DNA from: Eubacteriales bacterium
Lineage (GTDB): Bacteria > Bacillota > Clostridia > Oscillospirales > CAG-382
Direction: 5' to 3'
Length of the DNA stretch: 64,000 nt
NCBI GenBank assembly: GCA_045539625.1
Contig: JAZQFS010000064.1
Coordinates: forward strand, 4,891-68,890
Part shown: positions 37,118 to 45,532 of the stretch, in pieces
How the letters are laid out: every line of letters begins with the position of its first letter
Numbering within the stretch: the stretch's first letter is position 1
Program-made: the position numbers and the translations under genes
Notes under the pieces: generated by a model
The model's database searches: none
Told to the model about the DNA's origin: nothing
What the model saw: the letters and a program-made list of their open reading frames with translations, nothing else

Positions 37118-37660
37118 TTATTTAAAATATCTTTTAAGCAGACCTTCAAAGCCTTTGCCATGTCTTGCTTCGTCTCTTGCCATTTCATGAACTGTATCAT
37201 GAATAGCATCAAGACCAAGTTCCTTAGCACGCTTAGCAAGGTCGAACTTGCCTGCAGTTGCACCGTTTTCAGCGTCAACTCTCATTTCAAGATTCTTCTT
37301 TGTGGAATCAGTTACAACTTCGCCGAGAAGCTCTGCAAACTTAGCTGCGTGTTCTGCTTCTTCGTAAGCTGCCTTTTCCCAGTAAAGTCCGATTTCGGGA
37401 TAGCCTTCTCTGTGAGCAACTCTTGCCATTGCAAGGTACATACCAACTTCTGTACATTCGCCTTCAAAATTAGCTCTCAGATCCATGAGAATGTCTTCTC
37501 TAACGCCCTGAGCTACGCCTACAACGTGCTCTGCTGCCCATGTCTTTTCGCCTGCCTGCTCGTTAAACTTGCTTGCAGGAACTCCGCACTGAGGGCACTT
37601 TTCGGGTGCTGCATCGCCTTCGTGAACATAACCGCATACTGAACATACAAACTTTTTCAT
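37118..37660 (-). CDS. rbr: Reverse rubrerythrin (N-terminal rubredoxin domain)
   Basis: CSVC...CPQC, then a diiron four-helix domain (EEAEH, DEARH). Confidence 0.9.
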   Translation of the reverse strand: MKKFVCSVCGYVHEGDAAPEKCPQCGVPASKFNEQAGEKTWAAEHVVGVAQGVREDILMDLRANFEGECTEVGMYLAMARVAHREGYPEIGLYWEKAAYEEAEHAAKFAELLGEVVTDSTKKNLEMRVDAENGATAGKFDLAKRAKELGLDAIHDTVHEMARDEARHGKGFEGLLKRYFK

Positions 37661-37735
37661 AATCCATAACTCCTTTGATTATATAATTTATTTTTTGGTA
37701 GTTTATGTAATCCAAAAGTGATGTGCAATTCACTT

Positions 37736-37783
37736 TTGTATTGATTACAAAGTTATTATAACAACAACTTTCGATTTTGTCAA
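37736..37783 (-). promoter_or_regulatory. rbr promoter with operator
   Basis: TTGACA-17 bp-TATAAT. 37736..37767 is identical to 5285..5316. Confidence 0.85.
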
Positions 37784-37841
37784 TAGGTTTTTGAAAAAAA
37801 GTTTATTTTTTTTGAAAAAAGTTTTTTGCCCGGCCTTTTTG

Positions 37842-38471
37842 CTAATCTGCCGGGGCAAAGGTTGTGCCTGTGAGAACGGGGGAACGCTTGCCGCCTGTCA
37901 GGTCAGCGGCATAGGCAAGAAACTTTTGATAATTTGCCTCAACGCAGGATAGGTGGAACATTACGTTTTCGCCGAAATCCGTGCCCGAACAGAGAACGGA
38001 GTTTTTGTCAAGGTCACGTAATACTTTTTCGTAGTCGCTGTAGGAAACCTCAAAGTCAAAGGTGACGTGCTGACAGAAAGCGGATATTCCTGCCTTATCA
38101 ATGCCGATTTTTGCACCCTTGGCATAGGCTCTCACAAGACCTCCTGCGCCTAACAGTATTCCGCCGAAGTAACGTGTGACAACAACGCATACACCCACAA
38201 GACCTTCACGCTTGATAACATCAAGTATGGGCATACCTGCCGTACCCTGCGGCTCTCCGTCATCGGAAAAACGGGCTATTTCCGTATCTTTGAGAATGTA
38301 AGCATAGCAGTTGTGGGTAGCATCTGCGTGCTTTTTCTTTATGGAAGCGATAAACTCCTTTGCCTCGTCTTCGTTTTCAACACGGGCAACGTAGGATATA
38401 AACTCGCTCTTTTTTTCAACAAATGAGTCCTCGGCGTATTTTTCCCGCACTGTTTTGTAGGTCTGTGCCAT
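37842..38471 (-). CDS. yigZ: YigZ/IMPACT-family protein
   Basis: EKKSEFI, ATHNCYAY, SDDGEPQGTAG, VTRYFGGILLGAGGL. Confidence 0.9.
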   Translation of the reverse strand: MAQTYKTVREKYAEDSFVEKKSEFISYVARVENEDEAKEFIASIKKKHADATHNCYAYILKDTEIARFSDDGEPQGTAGMPILDVIKREGLVGVCVVVTRYFGGILLGAGGLVRAYAKGAKIGIDKAGISAFCQHVTFDFEVSYSDYEKVLRDLDKNSVLCSGTDFGENVMFHLSCVEANYQKFLAYAADLTGGKRSPVLTGTTFAPAD

Positions 38472-38515
38472 TATTTACCTCGTTGATTGTATAGTATTGT
38501 GACCGAGTGCAAAAA

Positions 38516-39331
38516 TTATAAGCTGCACAGATGGTCAACTGCTTTGTAAGTAAGATTTATGTAATCGCAAATCATATGCTCGGGGATACTGCCGTGGGCA
38601 TACTCAATGCTCATAACATTGTTGTAGCCTGTCTCCTTGAATGCGCCCATAGTTTGCTTCCAATCTATGTCGCCTGTCAGGGGCATCTGGTGGGAGTCGT
38701 TTCCTGCATTGTCGTGAACGTGGGTACACTCAATAAGAGAGCCGAATTTTACAATCCACTGGTGTGCCGTTTTGCGGAATGATACGTTGGCGTGACCGAA
38801 ATCCCAGCAGCAAACGGCGCTTTTACTGTTATAGGAATTTATCAAATCAAGCAGCTCTTCGGGCTTTGAAGTAAATCTGGTTTTAACGGGGTGGTCGTTG
38901 AATACCGTTTCAAATGCAAGTTTAAAGCCTGACTTTTCTGCAAAAGTTACATCGTTCAGAAAATAGTTGTGATTATATTCAAGTGCCGCTTCGGGGGAGT
39001 ACTGCATATTGTCAAAATCAAACTCGTCGCCGTGAACGACAGCGTGCTCTGCACCCATAAAAGCGGTAGCCTCAAGTACTCTGTCAACATATAGCCTGTG
39101 GTTTTCTCCGCAGCTTCCGTAACGGTTGAAGGGGATGTGAGTCTGATTAACCTTTAATCCGTGTTCGGATAAGATTTTGCAGGAGTTTTTCATAATATCT
39201 TGCCAATCGTCCTTTGCAACGGGCGGTGTGTAGTCAACGCAGGTAAAGCCTGCTTTTGATATAAGCTCTGCCGCCTTTGAAAACTCTGTGTTTCTGAAAT
39301 AGTTGATGTTTATGCCGTATTCCATATACAT
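38516..39331 (-). CDS. Sugar phosphate isomerase/epimerase (TIM barrel)
   Basis: LAFET, WDFGH, THVHDN...DSH, MSIE. Confidence 0.85.
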   Translation of the reverse strand: MYMEYGININYFRNTEFSKAAELISKAGFTCVDYTPPVAKDDWQDIMKNSCKILSEHGLKVNQTHIPFNRYGSCGENHRLYVDRVLEATAFMGAEHAVVHGDEFDFDNMQYSPEAALEYNHNYFLNDVTFAEKSGFKLAFETVFNDHPVKTRFTSKPEELLDLINSYNSKSAVCCWDFGHANVSFRKTAHQWIVKFGSLIECTHVHDNAGNDSHQMPLTGDIDWKQTMGAFKETGYNNVMSIEYAHGSIPEHMICDYINLTYKAVDHLCSL

Positions 39332-39399
39332 AACCTCTTCTCGCCGTGAATTTATTTTATTATAGAATTAGTGAACATTTTAGACGCCAAGCAATTTTT

Positions 39400-39575
39400 G
39401 TCGATATGCAAACTAAAGTTTGCTCGATATTTTTACTTCGTAAAATCGATATGTTTTCCCTTCTGTCAAACTCGATATGATATAAATCTCGTTGAGTCAG
39501 CAACATATCGAGCCACGAGGTATATCGAGTGCAACAGCACATATCAAAAATCTCGCAAGAGATTTATATCGCTGA
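39400..39575. repeat. Palindromic CGATAT/ATATCG array with interspersed hairpins
   Basis: CGATAT at 39402, 39425, 39447, 39473; ATATCG at 39505, 39522, 39566. Confidence 0.75.
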
Positions 39576-39628
39576 TTTCAAGCTTTGCTTAAAATCATTA
39601 TATCATAATGATAAATAAAAATCAACAT

Positions 39629-39660
39629 AAAAAAACCGTCCACGGTTAAGTGAACGGTTG
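39629..39660 (-). terminator. rplA terminator
   Basis: AACCGTTCAC-TTAACC-GTGGACGGTT followed by a T tract. Confidence 0.75.
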
Positions 39661-39678
39661 ATGAATCTAAAATATCAA

Positions 39679-40371
39679 TTAAAGATACTTAGCTGCGTTA
39701 ACCTTAACGCCGGGGCCCATAGTGGAAGCCACTGCACAGGACTTGATGTACTGACCCTTAGCTGCAGCGGGCTTAGCCTTTACAACTGCTGCCATGAGAG
39801 TGTCAAGGTTTTCTGTGAGCTTCTGCGCACCGAAGGAAGCCTTACCAACGGGGCAGTGGATGATGTTCTGCTTGTCAAGACGGTATTCAATCTTACCTGC
39901 CTTAGCATCTTCAACAGCCTTAGCTACGTCCATTGTTACAGTACCTGCCTTGGGGTTAGGCATAAGTCCCTTAGGACCGAGAACCTTACCGAGACGGCCG
40001 ATAACGCCCATCATATCGGGAGTTGCGATTACAACGTCGAATTCAAACCAGTTTTCGCCTGTAATCTTAGCAACCATATCTTCAGCACCTACATAATCTG
40101 CACCTGCTGCTTCTGCGTCCTTAGCCTTGTCGCCCTTAGCGAATACAAGTGTACGAACTGTCTTACCTGTACCGTGGGGGAGAACAACAGCGCCTCTAAC
40201 CTGCTGGTCAGCGTGACGGCTGTCAACACCGAGCTTGATGTGAACTTCTACAGTTTCATCGAACTTAGCCTTAGAAGTCTTGCAAACCATGTCAAGAGCT
40301 TCTACTGTTTCGTAAAGCTTTGTCTTATCGATAAGCTTTGCACTTTCCTGATACTTCTTACCCTTATTCAT
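39679..40371 (-). CDS. rplA: 50S ribosomal protein L1
   Basis: Canonical L1 sequence ([18 protein letters not shown]). Confidence 0.98.
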   Translation of the reverse strand: MNKGKKYQESAKLIDKTKLYETVEALDMVCKTSKAKFDETVEVHIKLGVDSRHADQQVRGAVVLPHGTGKTVRTLVFAKGDKAKDAEAAGADYVGAEDMVAKITGENWFEFDVVIATPDMMGVIGRLGKVLGPKGLMPNPKAGTVTMDVAKAVEDAKAGKIEYRLDKQNIIHCPVGKASFGAQKLTENLDTLMAAVVKAKPAAAKGQYIKSCAVASTMGPGVKVNAAKYL

Positions 40372-40385
40372 GTTTCTTACCTCCC

Positions 40386-40811
40386 TTAGTCAGCAACAAC
40401 AACGCCCATGCTGCGTGCAGTACCTGCAATCATGCTCATTGCTGCTTCGAGGGAAGCTGCGTTGAGGTCGGGCATCTTCTGTTCTGCGATTTTCTGAACC
40501 TGTTCCTTGGTGATTGTAGCAACCTTGTTCTTGTTGGGCTCACCTGAAGCAGTTTCGATTCCGCAAGCCTTCTTGATAAGAACTGTTGCGGGGGGAGTCT
40601 TTGTGATAAATGAGTATGAACGGTCTGCGTATACTGTAATTACAACGGGGATAATGAGACCCATATCCTGCTTTGTTCTTTCGTTGAATTCCTTACAGAA
40701 GCCGGCGATGTTAACACCGTGCTGACCGAGTGCGGGACCTACAGGAGGAGCGGGAAGAGCCTTTCCTGCGGGGATCTGAAGCTTAATGTAACCTGTTATT
40801 TTCTTTGCCAT
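40386..40811 (-). CDS. rplK: 50S ribosomal protein L11
   Basis: [17 protein letters not shown]. Confidence 0.98.
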   Translation of the reverse strand: MAKKITGYIKLQIPAGKALPAPPVGPALGQHGVNIAGFCKEFNERTKQDMGLIIPVVITVYADRSYSFITKTPPATVLIKKACGIETASGEPNKNKVATITKEQVQKIAEQKMPDLNAASLEAAMSMIAGTARSMGVVVAD

Positions 40812-40830
40812 TTTGTTTACACCTCCAAAT

Positions 40831-40864
40831 GTGGTAAATGATTCGGGTTTTGTTACCCTCCCAC
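40831..40864 (-). promoter_or_regulatory. L1-binding autoregulatory leader
   Basis: GUGGGAGGG...CCC...ACCAC just upstream of the rplK RBS, resembling L1 r-leaders. Confidence 0.6.
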
Positions 40865-40966
40865 AGACAAGAACAAGTCTTGTCCCTCACAGCCTTTACA
40901 ATTTGCATTCAGCAGGCAAAAAGCCGAAAGCATAACTGCGAGTGTAAATATTATTTTTTGAAGAAC

Positions 40967-41569
40967 TTAGTCCTTCAGAGGTTCAACCTCATTTGCGTTC
41001 ATTTCAACGTTTGTTTCTCTACCGTTGATTAATGCCGCAACCTTGATTCTGCCTGTAGCGGAATCAATTTCCTTGACTGTGGCAATAGAGCCTGCAAGGA
41101 AGCCTGCAACGACGATAACGCTGTCGCCTACATTGTAAGCCGCTTCGCGTACACGTACGTCAACACCAAGTGCTGCCACCTCGTCCTCCGTAAGGGGAAC
41201 AGGACGGCTTCCGGGACCTACAAAGCCCGTAACGCCTCTGATGTTTCTGATAACGTGCCAGCTTTCATCGTTCATAACCATTTTAACGAGTACATAGCTC
41301 GGGAACATCTTGTGTTCCGTAGGTTTCTTTTCCTTGGGAGCCTTCTTGATTTCGTTTCCGTCATCATCGTATTCGGGCTCTGAGGAATAGAGATAATCGT
41401 CTGCCTCTTCCTGTGAGTCAACAACTATTTCGGTGGGGATTCTTGTCTCGAAAATGAGATTTTCAAGTCCTCTGTACTCTACAAGACGCTCAATGTTCTC
41501 GGCAACCTTGTTTTCGTAGCCCGAATATGTGTGAACCACATACCAGAGTGCCTGTGCTTCGTTAGACAT
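40967..41569 (-). CDS. nusG: Transcription factor NusG with acidic insertion
   Basis: WYVVHTYSGYENKV, FPSYVLV, GVTGFVG and KOW domain. Confidence 0.95.
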   Translation of the reverse strand: MSNEAQALWYVVHTYSGYENKVAENIERLVEYRGLENLIFETRIPTEIVVDSQEEADDYLYSSEPEYDDDGNEIKKAPKEKKPTEHKMFPSYVLVKMVMNDESWHVIRNIRGVTGFVGPGSRPVPLTEDEVAALGVDVRVREAAYNVGDSVIVVAGFLAGSIATVKEIDSATGRIKVAALINGRETNVEMNANEVEPLKD

Positions 41570-41593
41570 CTGAATTCTCCTTTACGGGTTAAA

Positions 41594-41809
41594 TCAGACA
41601 AGAGCCGCAATGGTCTGCAAAAGCTTTGTGAAGCCTGTGTCGAGCAGGAACACAACTAATGCAACTACTGCGATAGTAGCGGCAACAACACCGCTCTGAC
41701 GAAGGGTATCCTTTTTGTCAGGCCAAACGATTTTCTTGAACTCACTCTTGTAGTCCTTGAAAAACTTCTTAACCTTGGACTCCTTCTTTACCTTTACTTC
41801 ATCTGCCAT
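41594..41809 (-). CDS. secE: Preprotein translocase SecE
   Basis: EFKKIVWP plus one TM helix; conserved synteny. Confidence 0.9.
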   Translation of the reverse strand: MADEVKVKKESKVKKFFKDYKSEFKKIVWPDKKDTLRQSGVVAATIAVVALVVFLLDTGFTKLLQTIAALV

Positions 41810-41838
41810 CGTTTTTTCCTCCTTTCAATTACGAATCC

Positions 41839-41988
41839 TTACTTGGATTCCTTGTGAAGGGTGTGTTTACGGCAGAAACGGCAATACTTGTTGAACTCAA
41901 GACGATCGGGATCGTTCTTCTTGTTCTTGGTAGTGTCGTAATTTCTTTGTTTGCATTCGCTGCAAACGAGTGTGATTTTCACTCTCAT
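41839..41988 (-). CDS. rpmG: 50S ribosomal protein L33 (Zn-binding form), missed by the ORF track
   Basis: [49 protein letters not shown]. Confidence 0.95.
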   Translation of the reverse strand: MRVKITLVCSECKQRNYDTTKNKKNDPDRLEFNKYCRFCRKHTLHKESK

Positions 41989-42272
41989 TTCTACACCTCC
42001 CGGTAAATATAAATGTTTTTACCTCCCTCGACATGGAGTTTTCGCCTGCCCATTTTTGGGCATAACAAAAAAACTCTCCAACAGAGGTGCAACTATTTTA
42101 TCACAAAACTTTTTGATTGTCAATAGTTTTTTTCAAAAAAACACATTAAATTAAATAAAATCGAAAAGTACAATTTTTCGGTTGATTTTGCACTTGACAG
42201 CCGTGCACTTTTATGTTATGTTTGTGTTAAGCAAATCAGCTTATATAAAATTGTGAAGAGGTGTGAAGATAA

Positions 42273-43217
42273 ATGAAAAATAAAATGTGGGTATATTTTA
42301 TGCAGCTTGGCGACGGTATGTGGAGAGATTACGAGCCCGGCGACGGCGGAAGATGTATTGACAACAATCCGTTAAGACTTAACAATGGCTCATGGAACAA
42401 AATCGTTGACAGACTTGTTGAAACAAATGCTGCAAACACTCTTGTTATTGACATCGGCGACGGTATTCAGTATGAGTCACACCCTGAAATCGTAAGAAAC
42501 GGTGCTTGGTCAAAGCAAAAGCTTGCAGATGAAATTGCAAGACTCCGCTCTCTTGGATTCAAGGTTTATCCCAAGCTCAACTTCTCAGCAGGTCATGATA
42601 AGTGGATGGGAATTTATTCAAGAATGTTATCTACTCCTCAGTACTATGCCTTCTGTAAGGACGTTATAGACGAGGTAAGCGAGCTTTTCTCAAATCCCGA
42701 GCTTTTCCATCTGGGTATGGACGAGGAATGCCTGTCAATTCAGCAAAAGCTTCCTATTTGTATTATAAGACACGGCGAGCTTTTCTGGCATGATGTAAAT
42801 TATCTGTTCAAGCTTGTGCAGGACAGAGGAGCAAGACCTTGGGTTTGGGCGGATTACGTATGGCATACCAAGGAAAAAGAAAAAGATTTTCTCGAGCATA
42901 TGTCACACGAAGCACTTCTCAGCAATTGGTATTATCAGAGATTCAACGATCCCGAAAATGACTGGCACTATCCTGCGTATAAGGCATACGAGCTTCTTGA
43001 CAAGCACGGCTATGATCAGGTGCCCACAGGCAGTAACTATGTTCACCGTGATAACTTTGAGCTTACCGTTGACCATTGCTTAAAGCATATTTCCGATGAT
43101 AAGCTTCTTGGCTTCTTTATGGCTCCGTGGAAGCTTACAATGCCTGAATTTGAAGAACATCATCTTGAAGGCGTTGATGCAATGGCGGAAACAAGAGCAA
43201 AATTCGGCGGAATGTAA
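42273..43217 (+). CDS. Putative TIM-barrel glycosidase, GH20-like
   Basis: YESHPEI, KLNFSAGHD and FHLGMDEE; no signal peptide. Confidence 0.5.
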   Translation: MKNKMWVYFMQLGDGMWRDYEPGDGGRCIDNNPLRLNNGSWNKIVDRLVETNAANTLVIDIGDGIQYESHPEIVRNGAWSKQKLADEIARLRSLGFKVYPKLNFSAGHDKWMGIYSRMLSTPQYYAFCKDVIDEVSELFSNPELFHLGMDEECLSIQQKLPICIIRHGELFWHDVNYLFKLVQDRGARPWVWADYVWHTKEKEKDFLEHMSHEALLSNWYYQRFNDPENDWHYPAYKAYELLDKHGYDQVPTGSNYVHRDNFELTVDHCLKHISDDKLLGFFMAPWKLTMPEFEEHHLEGVDAMAETRAKFGGM

Positions 43218-43251
43218 TTACATATTTTTATATAAAAAAACAAGGCTTATC

Positions 43252-43464
43252 TCAATTACCGGGATAAGCCTTTTTAACGTCTGTAAGTCCTAATATATAA
43301 TCTGTAGAAACACGGTAGAATCTTGCAAGGGCAATCAGCAGCTCTATGGGAATCTGACGCCTTCCGCTTTCGTATTGACAGTAGGTGTTTTGCTTGATGT
43401 GAAGATATTCGGCAATTTGCTTTTGGGTAAGGTCGCTGTCCTCTCTTAGATCCCTTATTCTCAT
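43252..43464 (-). CDS. XRE-family HTH regulator
   Basis: RIRDLRED.DLTQKQIA...YCQYESG.RQIP; GGGAGG RBS before ATG 43464. Confidence 0.85.
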   Translation of the reverse strand: MRIRDLREDSDLTQKQIAEYLHIKQNTYCQYESGRRQIPIELLIALARFYRVSTDYILGLTDVKKAYPGN

Positions 43465-43496
43465 TGGAAGCCTCCCGCTTTTTTTCTTCATTATAA

Positions 43497-43544
43497 AATA
43501 TCTCAATATGAGATATTGACAAATGTGTCATTTTGTGATATTAT
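43497..43544 (+). promoter_or_regulatory. Palindromic operator overlapping a promoter
   Basis: AATATCTCA-ATA-TGAGATATT overlaps the TTGACA of TTGACA-17 bp-TATTAT. Confidence 0.6.
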
Positions 43545-43581
43545 TCACTAAAACAGGTATGATTATGAATGGAGTACTAAA

Positions 43582-43731
43582 ATGAAAAGCTGTTGGAATT
43601 GCGAATGTAAGATACAGATAAATGCCAAGGTTTGCAAATTCTGCGGAAGTGTTCAGATGTGTGCTCCAAAAGAAGAGGTAAAGCCCAAAAATGCGGATAA
43701 TAACGCAGACAAGAATGAAAAAAAGTGCTGA
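43582..43731 (+). CDS. 49-aa zinc-ribbon protein, missed by the ORF track
   Basis: MKSCWNCECKIQINAKVCKFCGSVQ...; GGAG RBS. Confidence 0.65.
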   Translation: MKSCWNCECKIQINAKVCKFCGSVQMCAPKEEVKPKNADNNADKNEKKC

Positions 43732-43860
43732 AGTGTTAAAATCGGATAAACTTTTTGTTTTTTTGGAAAAATCGTTGCATAAAAATCTTTAGTGTGGTAA
43801 AATGACCTTGAAATAAGGCTTTTTGCCGCTTTTTTATTTTACAAAAAAGGAGTATCTGCG

Positions 43861-45333
43861 ATGTTTAAAACCTGTTCACCCGAAAGTGCGGGCATACCCT
43901 CAAAAAAAGTTCTCAGATTTATCAAGGCTCTTGAAGAAAAGGGCTTTGCTGTGCATAATATTCTCCTTTCAAGAGGGGATAAGCTTTTCTGTGAATGTTA
44001 TTATGCACCTTTTCATAAGGATTATCTGCACAGAATGTATTCGGTGACAAAGAGCTTTGTGTCACTTGCAATAGGATTTCTTGAAGAAGAAGGCAAGCTC
44101 AGCCTTGACGATAAGCTGGTTGATTATTTTCCTGAGTATGAATACGATAAGCAAAGCCGCCTGGGTGAGCTGACACTTCGTGATATGCTTAAAATGAGCA
44201 CCTCAAGAAAAGCGGGGCTCAACTGGTTTGGAGAAGTTCGCAAAATGGAAAAGCCCGACAGAACGGCAATTTATTTTATGATGGGACACCACAGAATCCC
44301 CGGCACCTTCTATGAATATGACTCCGACGGCTCATATATGCTGGGAGTAGTTGCGGAAAAGCTGTGCGGAAAGCCCTTTATGGAATACTTGAAGGACAAG
44401 TTTATGAGAAAAATCGGCTGCAGTGAGCAAGCTTATTGCCTGAAAGCTCCCGGCGGATACTCGTGGGGTGACTCGGCACTTATGTGTAAGCCGATTGACC
44501 TTATGAAAACCGTCCGTTTTGTTGCAAACAAGGGCGTGTGGAACGGCGAGCGTCTGATGAATGAAAAGTACCTTACCGACGCAACCTCCGTACAGTCAAC
44601 ACAGAACACCTACGGATTTAAGAATTATAACACCTACGGCTACGGCTATCAGATATGGAAGACAAAGAATGACGGCTTCTTCTTCAACGGTATGGGCGGT
44701 CAGTATTGCGTATATGATCCTGTCACCGATATAATTTTTGAAATAAACGAGGATACACAGGGCAACGATATGGCACTCAACCTTGTTTTCAGTGATTTTT
44801 ACAACATCATCGTTGACAACGCCGGCGAGCCTATGGAAGAAAATCCCGAAGATTACAAAGAGCTTTGCGACTATGTTGCTTGCCGTGAGCTTTTCAGTAT
44901 GACAGGACCGTGTGACAGTGTGACACGTGAAAAGATAAACGGTGTAACTTATGCAAGCGACAACGACCTTATGAAAAGCTTCCGCTTTGATTTTGAAGGC
45001 GACAAGGGTACTCTTACATATGTCAATGACAGAGGCGAAATGAAAATTGATTTCGGTTTCGGTCACAATGAATTCGGACTTTTCCCCGAGGAAGGCTATT
45101 CCGATGAGGTGGGAGCACTTGAATGTGGCGGCAACAGGTATAAATGTGCCGCAAGTGCCGAGTGGTGCGAGGAGCACAAGCTTAAAATCAGGGTACAGAT
45201 TATAGACAAGTACTTTGCCAACTTGGGTATGATTTTTGCTTTCAAGGGTGATGAGGCGTTTGTGATTTGCGAAAAGAGAGCCGAGGATTTTCTCAATCAG
45301 TACGGGACAAGCTTTATCGCAAAGAAAATATGA
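43861..45333 (+). CDS. Serine hydrolase, beta-lactamase class C-like fold
   Basis: SVTK (SxxK), YEYDS, YGYGYQIW, NGMGGQY. Confidence 0.85.
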   Translation: MFKTCSPESAGIPSKKVLRFIKALEEKGFAVHNILLSRGDKLFCECYYAPFHKDYLHRMYSVTKSFVSLAIGFLEEEGKLSLDDKLVDYFPEYEYDKQSRLGELTLRDMLKMSTSRKAGLNWFGEVRKMEKPDRTAIYFMMGHHRIPGTFYEYDSDGSYMLGVVAEKLCGKPFMEYLKDKFMRKIGCSEQAYCLKAPGGYSWGDSALMCKPIDLMKTVRFVANKGVWNGERLMNEKYLTDATSVQSTQNTYGFKNYNTYGYGYQIWKTKNDGFFFNGMGGQYCVYDPVTDIIFEINEDTQGNDMALNLVFSDFYNIIVDNAGEPMEENPEDYKELCDYVACRELFSMTGPCDSVTREKINGVTYASDNDLMKSFRFDFEGDKGTLTYVNDRGEMKIDFGFGHNEFGLFPEEGYSDEVGALECGGNRYKCAASAEWCEEHKLKIRVQIIDKYFANLGMIFAFKGDEAFVICEKRAEDFLNQYGTSFIAKKI

Positions 45334-45338
45334 TTTTT

Positions 45339-45370
45339 TCTGCTTCACTTTTTGGTGAGGCAGATTTTTT
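45339..45370 (+). terminator. Intrinsic terminator
   Basis: TCTGCTTCAC...GTGAGGCAGA followed by a T tract. Confidence 0.75.
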
Positions 45371-45532
45371 CTTTTTTAGCTGTTCGCCTCCGCAAAGACA
45401 AAATCTCCCTGCCTGACATTAAAGTATCTTTAAAATAAATAATAAAGAATTTACATTATTTGCTTTAAAACTGTTGTAAATGGCAAAAAAATATGTTATA
45501 ATAAACCGATATTAACGTGGGGGAGTGGTACT

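Noticed and set aside
39400-39575. CRISPR array
   Set aside because: The repeats are only 6-9 bp, switch orientation and have irregular spacing; there are no cas genes.
39658-40389. Long antisense ORFs (also 17151..18029, 29490..30617, 44596..45348, 51869..52552, 55228..55905)
   Set aside because: They are shadows of well-supported genes on the opposite strand, with no RBS or recognisable motifs.
41810-41838. tRNA-Trp often found between rpmG and secE
   Set aside because: The gap is only 29 nt, with no cloverleaf.
42030-42090. Fluoride riboswitch-like ATGGAGTTTTCGCC upstream of rpmG
   Set aside because: It lacks the 5' pairing arm and the 3' conserved segment, and lies on the strand opposite rpmG. 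At most it is a leader hairpin.
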